From a virus (lineage: Duplodnaviria; Heunggongvirae; Uroviricota; Caudoviricetes): a DNA stretch of 64,000 bases. A model generated the notes under the pieces. That model saw only the letters and a list, made by a program, of their open reading frames with translations. It had not been told where the DNA came from and ran no database searches. Shown here one piece after another: positions 44,579-53,342 of the stretch. Positions within the stretch are counted from its first letter, which is position 1. The number at the start of each line of letters is the position of its first letter. The position numbers were made by a program, and so were the translations under genes. The DNA is taken from the IMG/VR virus record IMGVR_UViG_3300043436_002205; one strand, given 5' to 3'.

Positions 44579-44586
44579 TATTTATA
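44579..44586 (-). promoter_or_regulatory. Late promoter TATAAATA upstream of the hsp20 leader
   Basis: Exact consensus 3 nt before hairpin I. Confidence 0.65.
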
Positions 44587-44650
44587 TCACATGCATAGGT
44601 CTTCATACTTTGTTGTATGAATTCTGTGCGTGCTCATATCTTTATGAATA

Positions 44651-45256
44651 TTACTTGTGATTAAGTTCATCAGCCATTTCATGATTTCTATCCCTGTGAC
44701 CTGCTTCATCTTCTCTTACTACGAGAACAACGTCACGTAGAGTTGCGTCTTCTGGCAGCTTCCAATAATCAATTGCGATCCTTGGAGCCGGAACGTTCTG
44801 TATCTTTCCGCTGTCTATCTCAGAAAGAAACTCTGTATAGGATCGAACGGCTTCTTCTTCAAAGTAACCAATGATGCGATGTGCAGTCTTTGGAAAAAAG
44901 AAATATACGATTGCATAGAAACCAACAAAGATTGCCTGTGCGATTAAGATGATGATACGCTCAAACATATTTGGTTTTGCGAGTTCAACGAATGTCATAA
45001 GATGCATACGTTCGTTATCTGCTTCATCTAAAAGTTCTTTAATCCAACCTCGATCGTCTTTCATTGTGCGCAAAGATTTAAGATGCAATCCTGCGCCCGC
45101 GACCATTCCTGGTACTGCCGCCACGGTCTCTAGAACCACAGCTCGATGACCGTATCTCTTTTTAAAGAAGGTATCCGCAATAAAGCGAAGGGCCTTTGTA
45201 AAGCCCAACGCGATCCTATCAGAAACATCCTTTGGTGCGTGATGTTTCTCTGTCAT
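44651..45256 (-). CDS. aox: Alternative oxidase (ubiquinol oxidase, AOX)
   Basis: LETVAAVPGM, EADNERMHL, YFEEEAVRSY, EDEAGH di-iron motifs. Confidence 0.95.
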   Translation of the reverse strand: MTEKHHAPKDVSDRIALGFTKALRFIADTFFKKRYGHRAVVLETVAAVPGMVAGAGLHLKSLRTMKDDRGWIKELLDEADNERMHLMTFVELAKPNMFERIIILIAQAIFVGFYAIVYFFFPKTAHRIIGYFEEEAVRSYTEFLSEIDSGKIQNVPAPRIAIDYWKLPEDATLRDVVLVVREDEAGHRDRNHEMADELNHK

Positions 45257-45259
45257 ATA

Positions 45260-45481
45260 TTAGTCCTTCTTAGAAACAAAGGTGTACATTTCCTGAGCCT
45301 TCTTCATAAGGTCGTCAGTAGAATACATTTTTGCGGCTTCTTGATATTCTTCGAAGGTCTTTCTACCTTCTTCCATGGACTTTTGCATGAAATTCAAATT
45401 CATATGATAGCTTTGATCCATATAATCCTTGGCAAGCTGAAGGATCTCTGCGCGGATCTCGAATGGGTTCTTAGTGGTCAT
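45260..45481 (-). CDS. Conserved small phage protein (KNPFEIR.E.L.LAKDY)
   Basis: 73 aa, GGAG SD, helical. Confidence 0.65.
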   Translation of the reverse strand: MTTKNPFEIRAEILQLAKDYMDQSYHMNLNFMQKSMEEGRKTFEEYQEAAKMYSTDDLMKKAQEMYTFVSKKD

Positions 45482-45504
45482 CTTGTTCTCCTGTGTGTTG
45501 CGTG

Positions 45505-46014
45505 TTAAGAGATCCCGGTGCTTCCGAAACCTCCGTTTCTTTCCGTCTTCTGAGACGGTCTCTCTTCTACTTCTTCGATGGTATACACCAAAGTCTTCTC
45601 AAGCATTGCCTGCGCAATGCGTTCGCCATCCTCGATGATGACTACTGCATCCGATGTATTCTGTAGAATCACATATGTTTCTTCTACATAATCGGAATCT
45701 ATAATACCGGTTCCATTCGCAAGAACTAGACTCTTTTTTAGCGACGAACCGGATCTCGGATATATCTTTAGGACGTGACCTTCTGGAATATCAAAGATAA
45801 GACCAGTTGGTATTAACATTTTCTGCATTGGATACAACTGCACGCATACTTTATTATTGATAACACGCGCATGTGATACAGATTCTTTATTTAGAGCATT
45901 GTAGTACGTGATCTTGCTGTTATTATCAAAACATGCTTTAATATCAAAGCAAGCAGAACCGGTCGTAGAAAACTTTGGTAGTTCTGCTTTTTTATTTAAA
46001 CGAAACGCCTTCAT
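45505..46014 (-). CDS. dut: Trimeric dUTPase
   Basis: SACFDI, IPTG, YPRSG, GIIDSDY, ERIAQ, RNGGFGSTG. Confidence 0.95.
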   Translation of the reverse strand: MKAFRLNKKAELPKFSTTGSACFDIKACFDNNSKITYYNALNKESVSHARVINNKVCVQLYPMQKMLIPTGLIFDIPEGHVLKIYPRSGSSLKKSLVLANGTGIIDSDYVEETYVILQNTSDAVVIIEDGERIAQAMLEKTLVYTIEEVEERPSQKTERNGGFGSTGIS

Positions 46015-46030
46015 AATATAATTCCTTAAA

Positions 46031-46435
46031 TTACTTCTTTTTTCCGATATTATACTTTGGTTCTAATATCCATTCATCTTTTTCTTTATGCGATAGTATC
46101 TTTATCTGGCTAAGTGGAGCAACCGGATCTTCAGACTTGGATGGGTCGACTATCTTAAGTAGATCCCATTCTTCTAGGAGGTTTATTACAGTGTTTCTTC
46201 TAGATCTATCTTCGTCAGCAAAAGTATTCTCTTTACCGTCAAGTATAAACAGTTCTTTAAAGTGAAGAATCGCATAGCGCCCTTGCTTGTGTAGAATATG
46301 GCAGGACTGATATAGTTTCTTTTCTTTTTTCGAGGATATACCAATACGAGTTAACGTTTCTTTTATCTTAAGAAAGTTATCAGGATTCGGAAGTGTTATC
46401 TCTACGCCAACCCCTCGGAATAAGTCTTTCTCCAT
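46031..46435 (-). CDS. regA: Translational repressor RegA (likely start MEKDLF)
   Basis: DNFLKIKETLTRIGI, LYQSCHILHKQGRY.I.HFKELF.LDG. Confidence 0.95.
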   Translation of the reverse strand: MEKDLFRGVGVEITLPNPDNFLKIKETLTRIGISSKKEKKLYQSCHILHKQGRYAILHFKELFILDGKENTFADEDRSRRNTVINLLEEWDLLKIVDPSKSEDPVAPLSQIKILSHKEKDEWILEPKYNIGKKK

Positions 46436-46496
46436 GATGAGTTCACCTTTATAGTTATTATTATTGCGATGATGCTCATAAAGACCATCCGAGTAT

Positions 46497-46904
46497 TTAT
46501 AATTTAGCTTCTCCACCTTTGTTGAATCTCTTATGAAGCTTAACCAGGTCTTCCTTAGACATAACTTTCAGATACATCTTTGCGACGGTTCTGTTCACCG
46601 AGTAGTGTTCCTGAATTGCATCAAGGTCTGGGTTCTTCTCTTCCTTGAGCCATTTTGAAAAACGATTGCGTGGACGCAGGGCACCGAGATAATACCGGTA
46701 CTGCGCGTCTTTGAATAGATGATGATTGATATTCATCGTGTTAGCATGTAGTATACTATCTTCAAAGGCAGCGAATGCTCGGTTTACAATAAACGGAACA
46801 TACTGCTTCTCAGCTTGTTCTGGATAGTCTGCCTCACGGATAAGATCCTTCTTATTATGAGATGCAGACTTTACAAAATCAAAAGGAGTCAAATCTTGAG
46901 GCAT
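46497..46904 (-). CDS. gp62: Clamp loader small subunit gp62
   Basis: YVPFIVNRA, ANTMN, RPRNRFSKW. Confidence 0.9.
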   Translation of the reverse strand: MPQDLTPFDFVKSASHNKKDLIREADYPEQAEKQYVPFIVNRAFAAFEDSILHANTMNINHHLFKDAQYRYYLGALRPRNRFSKWLKEEKNPDLDAIQEHYSVNRTVAKMYLKVMSKEDLVKLHKRFNKGGEAKL

Positions 46905-47085
46905 GCGCTTCATCCTTTATATCTGCAAAATCGTCAAAAGTTTTTGCGCATTCACTGCACATCTTTGCACTGTGAAGTCCTTCTGTAGATGAGTACTGCA
47001 GAGTGAACGCGCTGCTTTCTTTCAGATCTGTTTTACAAAAGAAACAGACTTTTGGTTTTTTAGAAAAGAAAGAAAGCCAACTCAT
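46879..47085 (-). CDS. Small CxxC..CxxC zinc-finger protein
   Basis: CFFC and CSEC; overlaps both neighbours. Confidence 0.55.
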   Translation of the reverse strand: MSWLSFFSKKPKVCFFCKTDLKESSAFTLQYSSTEGLHSAKMCSECAKTFDDFADIKDEAHASRFDSF

Positions 47086-48035
47086 TTATAGCTGGCCTCG
47101 AACATTACCTCCGTCAAGAAGGCAACCATATTGACTTCGTGGTCGGCAACGAAGCTAGACTTATACATATAATCAGCAAGAGTAACGATAAACCCTGGAA
47201 GACTCTTAAGTTCTACACGGTCTGTTGCGGCGTCATAGATGGTACGAAACATTTCATTCGCGTCTTGGTCACTGTTATTCGAACACCACTTGCGCATCTC
47301 AACGAAGTTCTTTTCTTTCAACATCAAAAAGAGTTGTTCGATCGACTCCTGCTTGATGTTTGTGAAGATACCCTCATCGATCCTACCTGATGCTGCATAA
47401 GATTGAAGTTCGGTAAGTACACGCCGAAAATCTGGGAAATGCCTTTCGATAATCTTTGCGACGACATCCTTATCGTGTTCTACGTTTTCTGCGTTTAGAA
47501 TTGCGAGAACACGTTTATAGAACTGAGCAGCCATCTTTGGACGATCTGACTTCTCAATCGTAAAGTCAACTTCAGAAAGACGAGAACGAAGTGGCTCGAT
47601 AACACGGTTCTTAAAGTTACACGTAAAGATAAAGCCACAGTTCTTTGAATATTCTTCGATAAAGTTACGAAGAGCAGGCTGAACGTTAGCTGCATTGAGA
47701 TAGTCGGCTTCATCAAGGATAACGTATTTACGACCACCACTGAATGAAACGGAAGATGCAAAGGTCGAGATCTCGTAACGAAGAGTATCGAGGTTAACAT
47801 TCAACGAACCGTTCTTTACGATGTAATCGCAACCGAGCTCGTTCAGCATTGCTTTCGCAATTGTGGTCTTACCCATACCTGGGCCACCAGTCAGTAGCAG
47901 GTTAGGAATGGATTTATCTGCAACGAATCTTTTGAAGACATCTTTAGTCTTCTGAGGAAGAATTGTATCCTCAATGACTCTGGGTCGATAACGTTCAACC
48001 CAGAGTACTTCTTCAGTATTTGTATCAAGTGCCAT
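47082..48035 (-). CDS. gp44: Clamp loader large subunit gp44
   Basis: LWVERYRP, GGPGMGKTT, ILDEAD, SRL, FPDFRR. Confidence 0.97.
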   Translation of the reverse strand: MALDTNTEEVLWVERYRPRVIEDTILPQKTKDVFKRFVADKSIPNLLLTGGPGMGKTTIAKAMLNELGCDYIVKNGSLNVNLDTLRYEISTFASSVSFSGGRKYVILDEADYLNAANVQPALRNFIEEYSKNCGFIFTCNFKNRVIEPLRSRLSEVDFTIEKSDRPKMAAQFYKRVLAILNAENVEHDKDVVAKIIERHFPDFRRVLTELQSYAASGRIDEGIFTNIKQESIEQLFLMLKEKNFVEMRKWCSNNSDQDANEMFRTIYDAATDRVELKSLPGFIVTLADYMYKSSFVADHEVNMVAFLTEVMFEASYK

Positions 48036-48070
48036 AATATAATCTCCGGTGTGGTGTGTAAGGTTGGAGC

Positions 48071-48262
48071 TCAGTTTTCAGTTTTTACCGGTTCCTTTGT
48101 TTCCTTTGGCTTATTCTGCTCAATGAATAGAGCAAACTTATCACGGATAGTACCAACAGTAGTAAGCTCAGAACCTTCGATAGCTCCGCGCTTAACACAG
48201 ATATCGATAATAGAAAGGACTGTGTAGATATCTTGAAGAGAGATGTTAACTTGTTCAGACAT
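48071..48262 (-). CDS. Conserved hypothetical protein (likely start MSEQVNIS)
   Basis: IIDICVKRGAIEGSEL..VG motif; AGGAG SD. Confidence 0.65.
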   Translation of the reverse strand: MSEQVNISLQDIYTVLSIIDICVKRGAIEGSELTTVGTIRDKFALFIEQNKPKETKEPVKTEN

Positions 48263-48263
48263 A

Positions 48264-48929
48264 TTACTCTCCTTTCTTGTACGTTGACTTAGAGTCAACA
48301 CCAACGTAATAGGATACATCAGCACCCTTGAAGAGCGATACACCCTTTGCGCAGAGAGTCACTTCGTAATCCTGAGGAAGCAACTTAAAGTTGTCAGTCT
48401 TAAGGATGAGAGTAAACGTGTCGTTGGTGGTACCAATCTCTACACCAAATGCGTCTGACGATTTGTTATTACTGTCGATTGCTCGAAGGAAGCACTTGCC
48501 ATCTTCGCCGACGAATGCGATTTCGCTAAACTGCAAAACACCAGCAGCCTTGATCACAGACTGAAGATCGGACCATTTCACGCTAACCGAAACGTCGGAA
48601 GAAGGAATGGCGATTTCTTTTTCTGGAGCTGCATGGACCATCGAGATGTCTGCATAGACATATTTCATCTTAAGCTTGCCTTCAGAGATGATGAAATGAT
48701 TTTCAAGGAATTCCACATCTGGGTCTTGATAAAGGCTCAGCATCGAAAGAAAACGTGAGAGATCATAGATAACAGCAGTGGTTGGGAACTGATCTTCAAT
48801 GTTTGCGATGGCGATGAAGTTTTTTTCCGGAGTAATCGTACGCAAGACCTGGCCAGGCTTCAGTACGATTGATTTGTTGATTGTAGCAAAACTCTTGAGA
48901 ATTGTAAGAGTGCGGTCAGAAAATTTCAT
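48264..48929 (-). CDS. gp45: Sliding clamp gp45
   Basis: TLTILKSFATINKSI, IYDLSRFLS, LPQDYEV. Confidence 0.95.
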   Translation of the reverse strand: MKFSDRTLTILKSFATINKSIVLKPGQVLRTITPEKNFIAIANIEDQFPTTAVIYDLSRFLSMLSLYQDPDVEFLENHFIISEGKLKMKYVYADISMVHAAPEKEIAIPSSDVSVSVKWSDLQSVIKAAGVLQFSEIAFVGEDGKCFLRAIDSNNKSSDAFGVEIGTTNDTFTLILKTDNFKLLPQDYEVTLCAKGVSLFKGADVSYYVGVDSKSTYKKGE

Positions 48930-48962
48930 AGTATAGTCTCCTATTCATTATTAAGTAGTTTA

Positions 48963-48991
48963 TCTATATCACATTTTTTATGATATGTCAA
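48963..48991 (-). promoter_or_regulatory. Sigma70-type promoter for gp45
   Basis: TTGACA-17-TATAGA. Confidence 0.65.
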
Positions 48992-48996
48992 CTGTT

Positions 48997-49875
48997 TCAC
49001 GGTCTAAATGCTTGTTTCTTCTTTTCTTTATATGTCTTTTCGTTTGATCTCTTTCCTGCGGTTGGCGTTTCACCGATAGAAGCGATCGCGCCCATCGATC
49101 CCTTAAAGATATACGAACCGACGTGCTGCAGTTCCATCCAAGGACACAGGTGCAACTTAATTCCCACTTCTCTTGCTTTGCGACAGAAGAAGTAATCTTC
49201 AGACAGGTACCGCTTTGAAATAGGATCGATAATGCAATCAAAGAAAGCGGTGATCTCACGCGAACCATCGAAGTTCTTCGTGCGAGCGTGGTCAGGAATA
49301 TACTTGAGTTCTGGGTATGCGTCTCTGTATTTTTCCAACACGGCTCGAGGTATAAGCATAAATCCGGTACCAGCCTCGCTCACTTCGATAGGTTGGTCAA
49401 TACGGAAAGACGTGGTTCCCTTTGCTGGGTTGAACACGTAGTCGGCTGTATAGAAGTCCAAGTCGAAAGGATTCTCCGCCTTTCCCATCTCTACCGCCTT
49501 CTTTACCTTTTCCCAAGCAATCGTTTTCTTTGGATACGGACCAGTCATGATATCATACTGATCCGGGTGCATGGTCTGAATACCGAGCATCGACAGTACA
49601 TCATTAGGTCTGAAACCAATATCAGCATCGATAAACATAAGATGTGTGCAGTCTGACCTCATGAATTCATCTACTACATAGTTCCTTGCCCTTTGAACTA
49701 AGCTTTCATTAAATAGATAATAGAACTTAAGATCGATGTTGTATTTGGCACAGAGAGATGCTAGGTCGTTCGTAGATTTACAGAACATTCCTGCGCACTG
49801 CCCACCATACATCGGCGTTCCAACAAAGATAGAATATTTTCGTAGGTGTTCTGCTGTAATCTGTAGTTGCATCAT
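48997..49875 (-). CDS. GT-A-like nucleotide-sugar transferase
   Basis: TPMYGG, ESLVQRARN, LMFIDADI (DxD), GTGFMLI, YLSEDYFFC. Confidence 0.7.
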   Translation of the reverse strand: MMQLQITAEHLRKYSIFVGTPMYGGQCAGMFCKSTNDLASLCAKYNIDLKFYYLFNESLVQRARNYVVDEFMRSDCTHLMFIDADIGFRPNDVLSMLGIQTMHPDQYDIMTGPYPKKTIAWEKVKKAVEMGKAENPFDLDFYTADYVFNPAKGTTSFRIDQPIEVSEAGTGFMLIPRAVLEKYRDAYPELKYIPDHARTKNFDGSREITAFFDCIIDPISKRYLSEDYFFCRKAREVGIKLHLCPWMELQHVGSYIFKGSMGAIASIGETPTAGKRSNEKTYKEKKKQAFRP

Positions 49876-49884
49876 TTTTACTCC

Positions 49885-50508
49885 TTATGATAGTTCAAGA
49901 TCGTTCTCTGCGCGATAGATCTGCTGAAGACGAAGAACGTCAGCGAGAATATCCCAGGAACTATCGTGTTTCTTAAATACTTTATTCCACTTGTCAGAAT
50001 CAACGAGCGGAGAAAACGAGTTTTCTTTTGGAAAGTTAAGTTTAGCATCAATAAACGTACGCGTATCACGAACACGCCAATACTTAAGATACTCATCAAG
50101 ATGCAGAAGCTTTCCTTCGGCTGCAAAGAGTCGTGATAGGATGATTGGATCGAAAGTATTCGAACGACTCCACCAGTAATCTACCTTTGGAGACTCAATA
50201 AGGAATTCGTGAAACTGCTTTACAAATTCCTTCACAGTCAGGTCAGATTTCTTTGGAGCAATGTTTGCACGAACTTCAGGACTCTGTTCTTCCCAGAACT
50301 GAAGAGTACTCTTATCAATCTCGAAACCATAGTTCTTTACCTGATCCGTCACGGATAGTTTAAAACGTTTCGCGTAGGAGATACTCTCGATCGTATAAGG
50401 ATTTGTTAGAAAACGATCGAAGTCAAAGACCATGACTGAACAGTCGATAACGGCGCACTTTCCTGCGTCCTTACCCATTGTCTCAAAGTCAATAATTAGG
50501 TGAGTCAT
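49885..50508 (-). CDS. dexA: DEDD 3'-5' exonuclease (DexA-like)
   Basis: IIDFET, WSRSNTFD, VRDTRT, HDSSWD. Confidence 0.8.
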   Translation of the reverse strand: MTHLIIDFETMGKDAGKCAVIDCSVMVFDFDRFLTNPYTIESISYAKRFKLSVTDQVKNYGFEIDKSTLQFWEEQSPEVRANIAPKKSDLTVKEFVKQFHEFLIESPKVDYWWSRSNTFDPIILSRLFAAEGKLLHLDEYLKYWRVRDTRTFIDAKLNFPKENSFSPLVDSDKWNKVFKKHDSSWDILADVLRLQQIYRAENDLELS

Positions 50509-51722
50509 ACAAAGAATCCTTCAAGTGTTGCGTTTTGACTTCCCGAACCTAGCGGGTCGTACTCGTTCTTTTCGTAGTGATTGTTCTGACGAAGATAGTT
50601 TGTTCCGGATAGAGGAAGCTCTCCGCGAATGAACTTGGCGATTTCAGAATGAATATCGCGCGACGTAGGAACCGGAACGTTCTGAGCGATGTGGTTCATC
50701 TTTGCGAGTCCACCGACCAATTCAAAATCGTGAGGGAAACCCATCATATGCAGAGCTTCACGAATCGTAAGCGAACGATCGTGAATAGGATGGATCGTAT
50801 CAGCAAGGTTACGACCAATCACAGCGTTCATGCATTCGTCAAAGACGTGTGTTGAGCTATCCCAGATACCCTTGTTGTCCGCAAACTTTTTAATAGCGTG
50901 TTCCGATACTTTAATTCCGCGTTCGTGGCCAACCTGATGCATCCACTTATTTGCTTCTTCAAGCAGACCAGCACGATTGATATAGTTGAAAGCTGTAATG
51001 TTACCGCTCTTAATAATAACATCCCTCGGATTGTCGTTCGTTCTTGATTTAATAAACGCGTAATACGGTTCATCATCCAACTTGGAATTGATAACCAAGT
51101 CTTGCTGAAGCGTGTTCTGTTGCAACTCGGACAAGTACTCTTTAAAGTTTTTACGATCGCGTTTAAACCAAGACATGATCGGAGCCTTCTCTGATTTCCA
51201 GCCGATAGCAAAGGTTCGATCGCGAGCTTGCGGAATGCCGTGATACATCGTTGATGTTTTGTACAGAGTTAAACTATACCCTCTTTTATTACAAATGTCA
51301 AACAAATTGTTTGCGACTGCACGACCTTTATTCGTATAGAGAGCAGGCGCGTTCTCGACTACTACAGCCTTTGCTTCAAACAGATCAATCGCGTCCTCGA
51401 AGACTTTATACATCCATTCGTTCTTTGCACAAGCAGCACCTTTTGATTCAACTGTCTGACCTGTGTTTAGCTGCGATAGAGCTGCACAAGGAGGAGTACC
51501 AGAGACAACATCTACCTTATGAATAGGTGGGCCGTTATCCAAGAGTCGATACTCGAGTCCTCTGCCCTTTACGTTATTCTGATAGTTTACGTAGTGACTA
51601 TCGTTTGCTTGAAATCCATCGTATGAATAGATAGCAAGAGGTGGAACGCCAAAAGCTTTTTCGGCTCCTAGCATCTGTCCACCGATAAGTGGGATATGAG
51701 GTACCCAAGTAATATCACTCAT
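50505..51722 (-). CDS. C5-cytosine DNA methyltransferase-like protein with atypical SAM motifs
   Basis: GTPPC, VVENA, PQARDR, RSLTIRE, GFP; motif I is IPLIGG and motif X is AQNVP. Confidence 0.8.
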   Translation of the reverse strand: MSDITWVPHIPLIGGQMLGAEKAFGVPPLAIYSYDGFQANDSHYVNYQNNVKGRGLEYRLLDNGPPIHKVDVVSGTPPCAALSQLNTGQTVESKGAACAKNEWMYKVFEDAIDLFEAKAVVVENAPALYTNKGRAVANNLFDICNKRGYSLTLYKTSTMYHGIPQARDRTFAIGWKSEKAPIMSWFKRDRKNFKEYLSELQQNTLQQDLVINSKLDDEPYYAFIKSRTNDNPRDVIIKSGNITAFNYINRAGLLEEANKWMHQVGHERGIKVSEHAIKKFADNKGIWDSSTHVFDECMNAVIGRNLADTIHPIHDRSLTIREALHMMGFPHDFELVGGLAKMNHIAQNVPVPTSRDIHSEIAKFIRGELPLSGTNYLRQNNHYEKNEYDPLGSGSQNATLEGFFV

Positions 51723-51735
51723 TATTCTTTATCCT

Positions 51736-52980
51736 TTATACGAAAAAATCTGCAAGTGTTGTTATAGTCTTTTTTTCAAATGCTTGAACATCAGGACGAG
51801 TGTAGTTCGTGTCGAAAGCATTCATAATCTTATCATTAATAAAAGTACCATCGTAGTACTCAGGCTTAAGCACTGCCTTGCGTAGTTCCTTAAGAAGGTT
51901 CTGATGCGCTTCATGTGTATCTACCATCTCCATACGGCGAAAGAACTCTTCTGGAGTCTTTGGACGTAGAAACTCTGGAATTGGTAGATGACCTTGCATA
52001 TCATAGGTCGGATGCAGGAATGGAATAACACCAGCATGGATCATCTCAATATACTTAGATGTAACCCAGCCTTCCTTAATCGGAATGATGAAAGTAAACT
52101 TTACGTCCTGAAGTTTCTTCTGCAGCTCGTTGATGTGCAACGATCCTTTAAACCGAGAGTCAACAGTTGCTGCACCATGTTCCCACTTGCCATAGACTTC
52201 AACGTTATCGAACTTGTTGAGAACCCATTCCTTCAGAAGGTCGTAGCGAGACGGCTTGCCTTCGTTAAGAACGACCATAAAGTTTGTGTTACGATTTACG
52301 TTGACTTCTTCAGTGTATTCGTAGTCTCCGCAGAAGGCCGTCTCCATACCTGCATATTCCGAATGAACTACGCGAGTGATGCGTTCCTGATCAACATAGT
52401 CGCGAATCGCAAACGTTTCATAATCATAATCATACTGACCAAGAGAACGCATTGGCATGTGAAACAGATCGCGAGGTTGCTTAATCGTATAGCGAGGATC
52501 ATTAACGATTTCAATATACGGAACCTGCTCTTGGTTCAGCCAAGTAACGATTGGAGTCGTATACCACTTGGTCATATCGAGAGTCGCAGCAGGCTTTCCA
52601 TCGTTACCTTCACGAACCTTCTGAATGCGATCCGGAATCGTAACGTTGCTGAGCTGACCAACCATCATAATGGTAAAGTCGAGAGTAACTTTCTTTTCTT
52701 TAAAGTAATTGACGACGTGATCAAAGTACTTCTGAGAAATCTCAAGACCAACACCTTCCCATACATCAATCACGTTATCGTATGGAAAGAGATCTGCTTT
52801 CTCAGATTCTGTAAGAGTACCGAAGTCAGAGCGACCAACGATATAGAACTTCTTATCAGGATTGTTGTTCGCAACTGCTCGTAGTGTGCAAGAAGCTTCG
52901 TTGTCTCCGCCGATAGGCGAGTACTTATTCGTCTTAAACTTTACAGATTTACCAATCTTGCAAAAACCAATGTTCTTCAT
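51736..52980 (-). CDS. GT-B DNA glycosyltransferase, T4 beta-glucosyltransferase-like (likely start MKNIG)
   Basis: N-terminal MKNIGFCKIGKSVKFKT and C-terminal VEVYG...FKGSL...WVTSKYIE.. pattern resemble BGT; ATGA-coupled to the HAD gene. Confidence 0.7.
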   Translation of the reverse strand: MKNIGFCKIGKSVKFKTNKYSPIGGDNEASCTLRAVANNNPDKKFYIVGRSDFGTLTESEKADLFPYDNVIDVWEGVGLEISQKYFDHVVNYFKEKKVTLDFTIMMVGQLSNVTIPDRIQKVREGNDGKPAATLDMTKWYTTPIVTWLNQEQVPYIEIVNDPRYTIKQPRDLFHMPMRSLGQYDYDYETFAIRDYVDQERITRVVHSEYAGMETAFCGDYEYTEEVNVNRNTNFMVVLNEGKPSRYDLLKEWVLNKFDNVEVYGKWEHGAATVDSRFKGSLHINELQKKLQDVKFTFIIPIKEGWVTSKYIEMIHAGVIPFLHPTYDMQGHLPIPEFLRPKTPEEFFRRMEMVDTHEAHQNLLKELRKAVLKPEYYDGTFINDKIMNAFDTNYTRPDVQAFEKKTITTLADFFV

Positions 52981-53342
52981 AGTGTATCCCATTCTATAAA
53001 TTTCACAAATTCATCTGGCCTTAGAGCCTTATCATCAACGTAGTAGACCGCATTCGGTTTACCAAACATTAGTTCATCGTATGGAACGTTGTTTTCTTTA
53101 AGCCAATTAACCGTAAGATCGCCAACATCCTCTATGACTTTATTTATATCACCATTATGAGTGGCCATTCGCCTCGCAGTAAACAGAACGATACGAAAGC
53201 CCTTTTCTTTTGCTTTACGAATGCTTTCGATCATTTCGAGTTTTGGTGTCGCCTTGCCATACTTTTCGAACGTATCCTTCTCGCCATCGTTAGGCGTACA
53301 GATCGTATGATCAATATCAATGACTAGAGTTTGCGTACTCAA
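52977..53342 (-). CDS. HAD phosphatase (capsule-biosynthesis BcbF/EcbF-like)
   Basis: VIDIDHTI, LFTAR, VPYDEL.FGKP, YVDDKA. Confidence 0.85.
   Translation of the reverse strand: MSTQTLVIDIDHTICTPNDGEKDTFEKYGKATPKLEMIESIRKAKEKGFRIVLFTARRMATHNGDINKVIEDVGDLTVNWLKENNVPYDELMFGKPNAVYYVDDKALRPDEFVKFIEWDTL

Noticed and set aside
44587-44650. ncRNA or tRNA between aox and hsp20
   Set aside because: Only a weak AT-rich hairpin; no cloverleaf seen here or in other gaps.
44651-45256. Plastoquinol terminal oxidase (cyanophage PTOX)
   Set aside because: Motifs are AOX-type and no photosynthesis genes are present in the window.
46436-46516. N-terminal extension of RegA in the track (similar extensions at 1647, 48343, 52992 and 54852)
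   Set aside because: Downstream ATGs have SD sequences and match the family starts.
51988-52884. 298-aa plus-strand ORF antisense to the GT-B
   Set aside because: Fully antisense to a well-supported gene, with no motifs; typical codon-bias shadow ORF.
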